Both the position numbers and the translations under genes were made by a program. DNA of 33,359 bases from an uncultured Leptospira sp. (GTDB taxonomy: Bacteria; Spirochaetota; Leptospiria; Leptospirales; Leptospiraceae), in the NCBI GenBank assembly GCA_964410115.1, contig CAYPHK010000004.1:1-33359 (forward strand), written 5' to 3'. The notes under the pieces are model-generated. The model was not told where the DNA came from. It was given only the letters and a program-made list of their open reading frames with translations, and made no database searches. Numbering within the stretch: position 1 is the first letter of the stretch; each line of letters begins with the position of its first letter. Positions 20,226-28,835 of the stretch are shown piece after piece.

Positions 20226-21035
20226 TTGATTCAAAAGATAATTTTTGTAATAGGGGCTTTTTTAGCCCCTTTTCTTTATGCAGACACAATAAAATTATCA
20301 GGGAATGCATCGTTTTATTCTGATAAATTGTATGGAAAAATTACAGCCAGTGGAGAAAGATACCACCCCTCTCACTACACTGCCGCCCACAGAGACCTTT
20401 CCTTCAATACATTAGTCAAAGTAACTAATCTTATAAATACTCGTTCTGTAATTGTTCGGATTAACGATAGACTCAACTCTAATGAAAATATTGAGATAGA
20501 CTTATCCAAATCAGCGGCTATAGCTCTTGACCTCGTAAAAAAAGGAACTGCACCTGTGAATATAGAAATTCTCGGTGTTAGCCAGGAAGGGATTAATCCT
20601 CCACAATCCAAAGTCATTGAGTTAGCTAAAATTGAATCATCTTCAAAGGTAATTCCAGAAAAAAAACCACTCCCTCTAACAGATGCTACCCTTTCTGTCC
20701 CGACGAACGTAAATAAAGTTATACAAAATAGCCTCTCTCCTTTAGAATCATTTCGATTTTCTGATCTTGCCAGAAAAAAGGTATCACCCAAAGGTTTTGG
20801 TTTACAAATTGGAGCTTTCCTAAATGATGAGAATGCTTTTAAGTATGGTGAATGGGCATTTAAAAAAGGGTTCACTGCAGTATATATAGAAAATTCTAAA
20901 TCGAATGGATTAAACATTTTTAGAGTAATTGTTGGAGATTACAAAAATGAAAATGAAGCAGATTCCGGAATGGGCGAACTAGCGAAAGCAGGTTTCTCTT
21001 CGGCAGTCATTTACAATTTTGGTGAAGAACAATAG
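20226..21035 (+). CDS. rlpA: septal-ring lytic transglycosylase RlpA-family protein (DPBB domain plus C-terminal SPOR domain)
   Basis: GNASFYSDKLYGKITASGERYHPSHYTAAHRDLSFNTLVKVTNLINTRSVIVRINDR is the RlpA double-psi beta-barrel. The C-terminal GFGLQIGAFLNDENAFKYG...FRVIVGDYKNENEA is SPOR-like. TTG start with AAAGG upstream. Confidence 0.85.
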   Translation: MIQKIIFVIGAFLAPFLYADTIKLSGNASFYSDKLYGKITASGERYHPSHYTAAHRDLSFNTLVKVTNLINTRSVIVRINDRLNSNENIEIDLSKSAAIALDLVKKGTAPVNIEILGVSQEGINPPQSKVIELAKIESSSKVIPEKKPLPLTDATLSVPTNVNKVIQNSLSPLESFRFSDLARKKVSPKGFGLQIGAFLNDENAFKYGEWAFKKGFTAVYIENSKSNGLNIFRVIVGDYKNENEADSGMGELAKAGFSSAVIYNFGEEQ

Positions 21036-21044
21036 GAGCTAACT

Positions 21045-21419
21045 ATGGATTCTAAAAAAAGGGCAGAACTGATTCGGGAAGGAAATGCCGCCTTTAACTC
21101 TAAAGACTACGCTAAAGCAAAGCAATTATACTTAGAAACCAACTACAAAGATGGCTTAATCAGATTGGGTGATTATTATATGTACGACAGAAAATTACCT
21201 ATGTTAGCCTATGGGTACTACAAAAAAGCAGGGCACACTCAAAAAATTGATGAAATTTTCCAGAGAATGATTTATGCTCTTGGGGAATTATTAGGAAAAG
21301 GTGTGTACAAAGCAGTAAACTCCACACCTAAAGAAGAGCTCAATCCAGATGATTTTCGAGTCCATCCCGTGCTTAAAGCAAAAGCATTAGAAATTCTAGA
21401 AAATAATAAAAATAAATAA
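21045..21419 (+). CDS. hypothetical small TPR/Sel1-like repeat protein (124 aa)
   Basis: AGGAG lies 5 nt upstream of the ATG. GNAAFNSKDYAKAKQLYLE and LAYGYYKKAGH look like TPR/Sel1-type helical repeats. Confidence 0.55.
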   Translation: MDSKKRAELIREGNAAFNSKDYAKAKQLYLETNYKDGLIRLGDYYMYDRKLPMLAYGYYKKAGHTQKIDEIFQRMIYALGELLGKGVYKAVNSTPKEELNPDDFRVHPVLKAKALEILENNKNK

Positions 21420-21428
21420 GGTTCAATT

Positions 21429-23051
21429 TTGATATTTCCGGAAAAATTTCCAGAGAATCAAAAATACGATAATAGTAAAGAAAAAGAGTTCTATTTTAGA
21501 CTTCAAAATGAACTTCCAGAAGATTGGGATATTTATTATAGTTTCAAATTTTTTAATCCCGGAATTCCTATTAGGGAATTGGATTATATTATTGTATGTC
21601 CTCTTGGAATTTATATCATTGAATTAAAAAATGCTAGATTTCGATTTGAGAATAATGTATGGCAGATTTATGATTCCAGAGAAAAAAAATGGAAAGAACA
21701 TGTAAAACATTTTTATACAGGACCCATAGAACAGGTTGAAAGTGCTGTTAAAATGTTTAAAAACTTTTTAACTTATAACAATCATTTAAAATTACCGGTT
21801 GATCCAAATGCTATTTTAGGTATTGTTTTTTTAAATAAAAATGAAATAGGACAATTTAGTAAAAAGCTACCAAACAAAGATATTATAATTTTTCATAAAG
21901 AACTTCAACATCTTTCCTTGTTTGATATTCTTGATTCTATTCATAAATCTAAACATATTTCAAATGTAACACATCTTGAAAGGGAGAGAGTAAAAAATAT
22001 AATCCTAATAAATGGGAATTATTATCCAGGATTCCCAGCTAGAAGGGATGAACAAAAAAAACTAATGCTAGCCCTTACCAGAGAGCAATTTATGATAATG
22101 GAAGGTATAAAAGAACAACCAAGAATGATTCTTTTTGGAGTTGTAGGTTCTGGAAAAACTATGATGGCTCGAAGGGCACTTGAAATAGCAGTTGAAAATT
22201 CATGGAGTTGTTTATATTTATGTTCATCAGTTCATTTGAAAGATTTTTTTGAGTATTCATACAAAGATAATAAAAAAGTAAAATTTTATACTTTTTATGA
22301 TTTTAGATTTGTGAAGAATATTGAAGAAATATTTGATTTTATTATTATCGATGAAGCTCAAAATATCATTTCGGGAGACATGAGTGATATATTAGATAAT
22401 ATTTTGAAAGGTGGACTTAATAATGGAAAATGGTTAATCTGTTTTGATAAAGAACAAAAAAATAAAGATTTTGATAGTGATTTTTTAAAAATCATTTCGT
22501 CTTACCCTCATGAAGTATTTTTCTTAAATTCTAACATAAGAAACCCATCTGAAATTTTTAATATCGCAACCCTACTAGGTGGTAAAAGACAGCATTATTC
22601 TAAGGTTCCTGATGCATTGAGTGTAAAGTTTGTTAGCTTTGCAGATAATAATGATGCATCTATAAAATTATTTGAATTAATAGATTATGGCGTAAGACAA
22701 TTAAAATTATTTCCAGAAGAAATAATAATATTATCTCCTTATCCACTAAAAGAAAATACTGAAATACAGTCAAATTTTGTTAAATCTTACGATAATAATA
22801 GATTTTATGAAATAGTAAAATACAGCAGTGATGATCCCGATAAAGAAAAAATTAATTTTTCAGTAATAGAGGATTTTCAGGGATTAGAAGCATCTTTTGT
22901 AATACTAATTGGCATTCGAGATTTAAATGATTTCTATTTGAGATCACAATACTATATCGCGCTCACACGATCAACATATTCCGCGGGAATTTTATTTCAC
23001 AAAGATTTATTTTCTGATTTAAACAATATCATCAATCTATCCGGTAATTAA
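21429..23051 (+). CDS. NERD (PD-(D/E)xK nuclease-related) domain fused to an SF1 (UvrD/DNA2-like) P-loop helicase
   Basis: N-terminal RELDYIIVCPLGIYIIELKN gives the D...E-x-K nuclease core typical of NERD. Then Walker A FGVVGSGKT, Walker B FIIIDEAQN and C-terminal helicase motifs EDFQGLEASFVILIG and YYIALTRS. TTG start 9 nt after the previous stop. Confidence 0.8.
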   Translation: MIFPEKFPENQKYDNSKEKEFYFRLQNELPEDWDIYYSFKFFNPGIPIRELDYIIVCPLGIYIIELKNARFRFENNVWQIYDSREKKWKEHVKHFYTGPIEQVESAVKMFKNFLTYNNHLKLPVDPNAILGIVFLNKNEIGQFSKKLPNKDIIIFHKELQHLSLFDILDSIHKSKHISNVTHLERERVKNIILINGNYYPGFPARRDEQKKLMLALTREQFMIMEGIKEQPRMILFGVVGSGKTMMARRALEIAVENSWSCLYLCSSVHLKDFFEYSYKDNKKVKFYTFYDFRFVKNIEEIFDFIIIDEAQNIISGDMSDILDNILKGGLNNGKWLICFDKEQKNKDFDSDFLKIISSYPHEVFFLNSNIRNPSEIFNIATLLGGKRQHYSKVPDALSVKFVSFADNNDASIKLFELIDYGVRQLKLFPEEIIILSPYPLKENTEIQSNFVKSYDNNRFYEIVKYSSDDPDKEKINFSVIEDFQGLEASFVILIGIRDLNDFYLRSQYYIALTRSTYSAGILFHKDLFSDLNNIINLSGN

Positions 23052-23052
23052 A

Positions 23053-24309
23053 TTAGGGGCAGGTCAAATCAACACTTACAGATTGTTTTGGAGTTTGTGG
23101 TACTTCAAATAAAGTTTCTCTAATGAATGTTTCGGGATATCCATCTATAGGGTTTGCATCCTGCAAACATCTTAGTCGATACGTACCTGCATGAATATAT
23201 TTAATACTTACATTTGATCCACGAACAGGAGAAGCAATCAATGGTAAATAGTTTTTAAAATCTGTTTCCCCATCTCTATAAATAGCATAGTAGTATTTTA
23301 AATTCGTTGTTCCCCCTGTTATCGTTAATTTTGAAGAAGTTTCAGGATAAATGATACGGGGTCTTAAGAGTAATCCTCCCCCCATATCCACTTCCCCTGC
23401 ATGATTAAATCTCCAATCACTGAATCCAACCATTGTTTGAACCAATCCAGTAAAGTTCACCCATGAGTGAACCATTAGATTTTCTTTAATATTAATTCTC
23501 ATTTCTAAAATATAAGGTTCATATCCAGGATTAATTGTCATATCTGCATGCCCTGCACCCACTGTATAAAACACGGGGTACATAAAAGGAGTCAAATTTT
23601 GCTTGTCTATATCACTTGCACCCGGTTTATAACTATTCCTCGGAACAATATTTGATCCAACCACTAACCTATTATCGAATCGAGTATTTGTTTTTTGAAT
23701 TCCTGCTTCTATAGCAAATCCCGTTATGAATGATCTTAAATAAACTCCCGCATGATAGTATTGAGTACCACTGCTCCCCCTTAACTCAGCGGTTGGATCA
23801 TTGGAAGGATATTGTGCTCCCCGACTGGTCATGAATTCTGCGTATTTAACGAGCCCTCCCGTATTTTCGCATGTATTTGTGAATAAAGTATAAGGAACCG
23901 AACAATAAACCTGCCTCTCGGGTGCAATAAAATCCCAAAATCTTGCTGAATCTCGAACGGACTCTAAAGCCTCTAAACCTAAGGGTTGGTATTTTGAAGC
24001 AATTCGTAATTCTCCGATATCCATAAATATAGGAAGATTGGATAATGCGGGAAGACCCGTAGTATCAAAAGCAGGATCTCCTCCTGTTCCTTCCTGGTCT
24101 CTATAGATGGCATTATCATTGATTTCAGTAAAATCGAGTGTATTATCTGTTGCATATGTACCCTTAAAAATCAAGAGCATTCTCTGATTAAACAGAGAAC
24201 TTAAAACAGGTAAACTGGTATAGGTCACATTGCTTAAATCTTTAGTACAATAAATAAAATTAAATAAAATAATAAGTATTAAATTAATTTTTTTAATATT
24301 CATTTTCAT
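23053..24309 (-). CDS. hypothetical lipoprotein (418 aa)
   Basis: Signal peptide with lipobox-like ILFNFIYC. No recognisable catalytic motif. Last gene of a four-gene minus-strand operon. Confidence 0.65.
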   Translation of the reverse strand: MKMNIKKINLILIILFNFIYCTKDLSNVTYTSLPVLSSLFNQRMLLIFKGTYATDNTLDFTEINDNAIYRDQEGTGGDPAFDTTGLPALSNLPIFMDIGELRIASKYQPLGLEALESVRDSARFWDFIAPERQVYCSVPYTLFTNTCENTGGLVKYAEFMTSRGAQYPSNDPTAELRGSSGTQYYHAGVYLRSFITGFAIEAGIQKTNTRFDNRLVVGSNIVPRNSYKPGASDIDKQNLTPFMYPVFYTVGAGHADMTINPGYEPYILEMRINIKENLMVHSWVNFTGLVQTMVGFSDWRFNHAGEVDMGGGLLLRPRIIYPETSSKLTITGGTTNLKYYYAIYRDGETDFKNYLPLIASPVRGSNVSIKYIHAGTYRLRCLQDANPIDGYPETFIRETLFEVPQTPKQSVSVDLTCP

Positions 24310-24316
24310 AATATCC

Positions 24317-24940
24317 TTATAATAATAATGTTAACATAAGATTAAAGTGAAAAAAATCCGCATCTTTTAATTTATAATAATATGGATCTGTCAGCCTTGT
24401 ATCTTGTTCGTATGGAGATGTATAGATTTGATCTTGAATTGGTTTTTCTGTACCAATTGTTTCGTAGATCCTTTGGTAATCTAATCGAATTCCTATTCTT
24501 ACTTTTTTTCCTGCCACAAAACTAAACTCTGTCCCCAAAACACTCATAGGATTCCAGGTTGCAGTATTGGCAGGTCTAGCCACTGTATAAGCATATCCTC
24601 CCCCCGCTTTTAAGAAAACAGAGATAGGTAAATCCAGAGGTAATTTATATCCCAGAGAAGCATATACAGGAACCGTGGTAAGTCTTCTTTCCGTAGTAGA
24701 AAGATAGGTTGTATAATTTGCACCCAGTTCTGTGTATAAAATCCAAGGCCATTGAATCCTACCAAACATTCCCATCCCGAGGCTGGAATCTAAAACCCTT
24801 GAAGCGTCAGTTCCCGGAAGAGGATTGGACGCTCCCAAAAAAAAGCCGAGTTCCAGTGGACTTAATTCTTCAGAATGAATCCTTGTGCCATAGGAATACA
24901 GGCAAAGAAATAAGAGAAGGTTTAGAATTGGTTTTTTCAT
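24317..24940 (-). CDS. putative outer-membrane beta-barrel protein (207 aa)
   Basis: Signal peptide (MKKPILNLLLFLCLYSYG) followed by alternating hydrophobic/polar strands rich in G/Y/T (LGANYTTYL, VYASLGYKL, VFLKAGGGYAYTV, IGIRLDYQRIY). Confidence 0.55.
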   Translation of the reverse strand: MKKPILNLLLFLCLYSYGTRIHSEELSPLELGFFLGASNPLPGTDASRVLDSSLGMGMFGRIQWPWILYTELGANYTTYLSTTERRLTTVPVYASLGYKLPLDLPISVFLKAGGGYAYTVARPANTATWNPMSVLGTEFSFVAGKKVRIGIRLDYQRIYETIGTEKPIQDQIYTSPYEQDTRLTDPYYYKLKDADFFHFNLMLTLLL

Positions 24941-24942
24941 TT

Positions 24943-25749
24943 TTAAAGTGGTCTATTGGTAAATACTTCTGAATGATAGAGAGTATCTATTTGTGGATAT
25001 TCCTGATAATATGCTCTTTTGAAATAAAGTCCATGCGGTGGAAGGGTAATTCCAGCACTGCTCCTATTTTCTTTTTCAATTATTTCCTTTAGACCCATCT
25101 TAGTTTTTCCCAAGGATACCTGAATTGCACTTCCCACTAAAATTCTAATCATATTATGCAAAAATCCCGATCCCCTTATATTAATTTTAATAATCCCTTC
25201 CCATTCCTTAGACCTAGAAATACTTACGGATGTAATTTTTCTCTCTGTTGGTTTTTCTTTCACAGAAGAGGCTTTGGCAAAACTTTTAAAATTATTCGTT
25301 CCCAGGATATCTTTAAACTGGCCTTCTAATAATTCTACATAGAGGGGAACGTGTATCCAGGTAGCCCTTCCAGCAAAAAGAGGGTACGGATACTTTGTAT
25401 TCAATATCCAATACTCATACTCCCTCTCCGTACAGGAAAATCTCGCATTAAACTTAGGAGGCATGATCGATCCAGAAAGTGCATTCACTCCATTTGCACT
25501 CAATGCATTGATCGATGTAATGAGTTTATGATAGTTTGGAATTTCTCTTGAATGTTCAAAGCTAACAACCATCCCCCAAGCATGGACACCCGTGTCCGTT
25601 CTTCCCGCACCAGTAATTTTTACCTTTTCCCGCAAAATAGTAGAAAGGGCATTCTCCAGTGTTTGTTGAACAGAGGGAATTACTTTTTGTTTCTGAAAAC
25701 CAAAGAATCCAGAGCCATCATATTGAATCACCAAAGCCGTTACGGGCAA
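24943..25749 (-). CDS. truA: tRNA pseudouridine(38-40) synthase TruA
   Basis: YDGSGFFGFQKQ, catalytic-Asp motif GAGRTDTGVHAWGMVVSF, and FLHNMIRILVGS. Confidence 0.92.
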   Translation of the reverse strand: MPVTALVIQYDGSGFFGFQKQKVIPSVQQTLENALSTILREKVKITGAGRTDTGVHAWGMVVSFEHSREIPNYHKLITSINALSANGVNALSGSIMPPKFNARFSCTEREYEYWILNTKYPYPLFAGRATWIHVPLYVELLEGQFKDILGTNNFKSFAKASSVKEKPTERKITSVSISRSKEWEGIIKINIRGSGFLHNMIRILVGSAIQVSLGKTKMGLKEIIEKENRSSAGITLPPHGLYFKRAYYQEYPQIDTLYHSEVFTNRPL

Positions 25750-25752
25750 AAC

Positions 25753-26640
25753 TTACTTTTCACCACCCAGTGCTTCAATTGTAGCATTCATGTCATCATA
25801 GGTTTCTTTTGCTAACTCAAGAATAGCAGAAGGTTTCGACTTAGATGCCTTTCCTCCCCCATAAAGTTTAGCTAGTGAACGCTTGGCTTTCACTAATAGA
25901 TCCAATTGTTTTTCAGGAGTATGGGCTAATTGTTCTTTGTACTTCATCGTAAGATAGGAATTCAAGTATATCACTCCATCAAACCCCCAGTTATTGTCTG
26001 TATCAGGACCCAAAATCTGACTCGCTAAATCCACAGGCTCGGTTCCTGTCGACATCATCTCTAGAGTGGAAGCATACCATACCGTGGCTTTTCTATATAA
26101 TAAATCCCGAATCTTATCAAATCCTATGGTCGGAAACTCAGAATGCAAATCATCGAAATACCACGCACCTTTTATAGCAGAAACCCCTTTTTTGGGGGTA
26201 GGAGCCACTGCCACACCCCGCAATTGATAGCAATCGATGGCTAAGAGAAAAGAAGCGGCTCCTAAAACAAGATTTCTATCCAAATTAAAATCAATAGGTC
26301 CCAAGATTCTCTCTAAATTTGCTCTTCTGTCCCCGATAGATCCCTTAATTCGGGGAAGATCCTCGGAACTCAGTGCCCAATCTTTTGGAAAACTTGCGTA
26401 AAGACACTTAGGACATACATTGATAACATAATCGTTGGGGTTTACACGACCGAATTTTTTATTTTTTTCATAAATTCTTCTTAAATCTTTGGTTAGATTT
26501 CCAGCTATTAGCCTTCCTCCCCCCTGAAATAACTGCTCTTTTTGGTGTTCAGTGGCACAAATTTGACACTTTATTATATCTTTTGATCTAAATGAAACCT
26601 TCTTCCCTTGTTGGGAAGCATCTGCCTTGGCATCTTTCAT
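25753..26640 (-). CDS. DUF2225-like zinc-ribbon protein
   Basis: CQIC...(45 aa)...NPNDYVINVCPKCLYASFPKDW matches the split zinc ribbon plus helical C-terminal region I associate with DUF2225. Confidence 0.6.
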   Translation of the reverse strand: MKDAKADASQQGKKVSFRSKDIIKCQICATEHQKEQLFQGGGRLIAGNLTKDLRRIYEKNKKFGRVNPNDYVINVCPKCLYASFPKDWALSSEDLPRIKGSIGDRRANLERILGPIDFNLDRNLVLGAASFLLAIDCYQLRGVAVAPTPKKGVSAIKGAWYFDDLHSEFPTIGFDKIRDLLYRKATVWYASTLEMMSTGTEPVDLASQILGPDTDNNWGFDGVIYLNSYLTMKYKEQLAHTPEKQLDLLVKAKRSLAKLYGGGKASKSKPSAILELAKETYDDMNATIEALGGEK

Positions 26641-26835
26641 GGTATATTTCCTGAATGTTGTGAAAAAAAATTAAATTTAAAAAATTTATCTTTCCCAAAA
26701 ATAAACATTTAGGATTCTTTATTCGGTGTCAATCTAATAACCCTCGAATCCGATATTTGAAAAAGAGGAAAGCGGAATTCTGCTTGCTTTTAAAGATTGT
26801 ACCAAAAATTTTAGAAAAAATAATTAAATTCATCT

Positions 26836-27951
26836 ATGACAGGAAAGACAATGAAGAAGCTACTTGTATTGCTCACGTTCCTTGCCAGCCTTGCCGGCAT
26901 AAATGCTGATCCGGTAATGAGCAAAGCAAACGAAACCAGACTCGATATACTTAAATATATGAGATCCCTTGAAACCATCGTTAGAAACTACCCTGGTAAA
27001 GATAAAGACGGAAAAGACGCCCAGTTTGACGCACCTGCGGGTTCAGAGGGTGATAGAATTGCTAAATACAATCATATCAAAAGACTTTTCCAAGAAGGTA
27101 TCACATATTATTACGAAGGTCGATATCCTAACTCTTACCGAAGATTTTTAGAAGCTCAAGCCAATATTGAACAATTGACGGAAGACCTGTCTCAGATTTA
27201 TATAGAAGGCACAGATGAGATATTAAAATCAGTTCTTGAAAAGAAAGATAGCAAGGGTGATGCAAATGGTGAATATCCCAATGCTACTATTGATAAAGAC
27301 TTCGTAGACATATCTGTTGAATTTGGGCGTGGTTCTGAAATTTATCCTAAATTCAAAGCTGGAAGAGAAGCTCCTGCTTATGCAAGGCTCTATGATCCTA
27401 AAGAATATCATTATGCTTTTAACAAAGATAAGATTGAAGGATCCATTGAAAGTGGGTATAATTTAATCGCTCAAGCTAAGAGTGCTAAACTACATGCTTT
27501 AAAACTAGAGCAGTCCCTTGAGAGACACCAAAAATTACAACCTGAACACAGGAAGTTCAGAATTGAAAAGTATTTTGATGTAATTGCAAAATGTCGTGAT
27601 TCAAGAAAAGCAGCATTCAACGTTTATGCCCTAAAATACCCACATGACAATGCTTACCTCCAAAAAGATGAGAAGTTCAAATTAGAAGGGGAAGCTAATA
27701 ATTATAGAATTAATCCTTTTGTTGATCCCTCTAATTTACATCCCTTATTTGACAATCGAATCCCAGCTGGTTTTAGAAGAGATGCTGTGGATACCTATGG
27801 TCAAGTTTACATAGATGAAGTGAATAAGCAGATCAAACTTAAGTATAGTGATGTAGATGCACTCAATAGACACTTAGCTTCTGTAGGTGAAAAAGAAAAA
27901 TTGGATAAACCAAGTTCTTCTAAGTCTGAAGCAGAAAAACCTGCAAAATAA
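26836..27951 (+). CDS. hypothetical secreted protein (about 366-371 aa)
   Basis: Signal peptide MKKLLVLLTFLASLAGINA. ATG 26851, preceded by AGGAAAG, is a better start than 26836. Lys/Glu-rich helical protein followed by a clear terminator. Confidence 0.65.
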   Translation: MTGKTMKKLLVLLTFLASLAGINADPVMSKANETRLDILKYMRSLETIVRNYPGKDKDGKDAQFDAPAGSEGDRIAKYNHIKRLFQEGITYYYEGRYPNSYRRFLEAQANIEQLTEDLSQIYIEGTDEILKSVLEKKDSKGDANGEYPNATIDKDFVDISVEFGRGSEIYPKFKAGREAPAYARLYDPKEYHYAFNKDKIEGSIESGYNLIAQAKSAKLHALKLEQSLERHQKLQPEHRKFRIEKYFDVIAKCRDSRKAAFNVYALKYPHDNAYLQKDEKFKLEGEANNYRINPFVDPSNLHPLFDNRIPAGFRRDAVDTYGQVYIDEVNKQIKLKYSDVDALNRHLASVGEKEKLDKPSSSKSEAEKPAK

Positions 27952-27970
27952 ACTCTTTCCGTTTTAAATT

Positions 27971-28005
27971 AAAATCCGTCTTTTAAAAAAAGGCGGATTT
28001 TTTTG
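27971..28005 (+). terminator. rho-independent terminator
   Basis: AAAATCCGTC - 11-nt loop - GGCGGATTTT forms a 10-bp stem with one G-U pair and runs into a T-tract (TTTTTTT), 20 nt after stop 27951. Confidence 0.7.
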
Positions 28006-28031
28006 TCTCTTTTTCTATCCTTGTTTTTATA

Positions 28032-28835
28032 ATGAAAAATCCTTTTGACTATCTCTCTAGTGATCTAAATGGTCTCTCTTCTGGTTACAAAAAACTTGTG
28101 ATCAAGATCTATTTACTAGTTTTAAAATTAGTTTTTACTGTTGCCTTCCCTCATTTAATAAAAGGTCTATACTATCTATTAACCAAAAATAGAGAACTCC
28201 AATACAAAGGATTTATAGCGGGATCTCTCACATGGGGAAACTCCGTAATACAACTTACTAATTCTCGTATTTATTATTCTAATAAAATTGAAATTCCCGG
28301 TAAGGGTCATATAATAATGTTAAATCACATAAATGAAATTGATTTTCCGTTTGATTGCATAATTATATCGAAACCTTTCTTAGCAAATCAAGCAATTAAA
28401 TCTAGTATTTTCGCCTATTGGTGGATGAGTGCCATGGGTTCGAAAGTTTTTGATACAAGTAAGCAAAGAACAATTTCAACGTCTGTTAGAAATCTAATGG
28501 ATGGATTAAAAGAACAGTCATACATAGTTTATCCAGAGGGTGGAAACTCTTATAGCGAAGAAATCAAGCCCCTCAAAAAGGGAATGATTAAACTGGCATA
28601 TGACCAAAAAGTTCCAGTTGTGATAATTTTAAAATCAGGTATCACAAAACTCCAAGAGGTTCAAAAAGATCTGGTAATTGGATATCGAAACTGCGGGATT
28701 TTAGATCCAGCAAATTACACTACATGGGAATCATTTCGTGATGCTATCCATACTAAAATGATGGAAGATAAAAAAATCTTAGACCAAGAAGTAGCCAGAG
28801 AATCAAGCACAGCATTAAATGCAAGTCCAGCTTAA
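28032..28835 (+). CDS. PlsC-family lysophospholipid (1-acylglycerol-3-phosphate-type) acyltransferase
   Basis: Acyltransferase motif I MLNHINEID (NHx4D), motif III YPEGG, and an N-terminal hydrophobic anchor. Confidence 0.75.
   Translation: MKNPFDYLSSDLNGLSSGYKKLVIKIYLLVLKLVFTVAFPHLIKGLYYLLTKNRELQYKGFIAGSLTWGNSVIQLTNSRIYYSNKIEIPGKGHIIMLNHINEIDFPFDCIIISKPFLANQAIKSSIFAYWWMSAMGSKVFDTSKQRTISTSVRNLMDGLKEQSYIVYPEGGNSYSEEIKPLKKGMIKLAYDQKVPVVIILKSGITKLQEVQKDLVIGYRNCGILDPANYTTWESFRDAIHTKMMEDKKILDQEVARESSTALNASPA

Noticed and set aside
20375-20917. 180-aa ORF on the minus strand, antisense to rlpA
   Set aside because: It lies entirely inside the well-supported rlpA frame (DPBB plus SPOR motifs). Its translation is low-complexity with no motifs, so it is a typical shadow ORF. 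The same reasoning applies to 481-684, 1328-1556, 4024-4218, 5647-5850, 6855-7139, 8075-8344, 8626-8976, 9857-10039, 10259-10513, 13835-14020, 15545-15778, 17328-17597, 19695-19895, 24709-24972, 25351-25815, 26969-27411, 28832-29041, 31296-31523 and 32175-32378.
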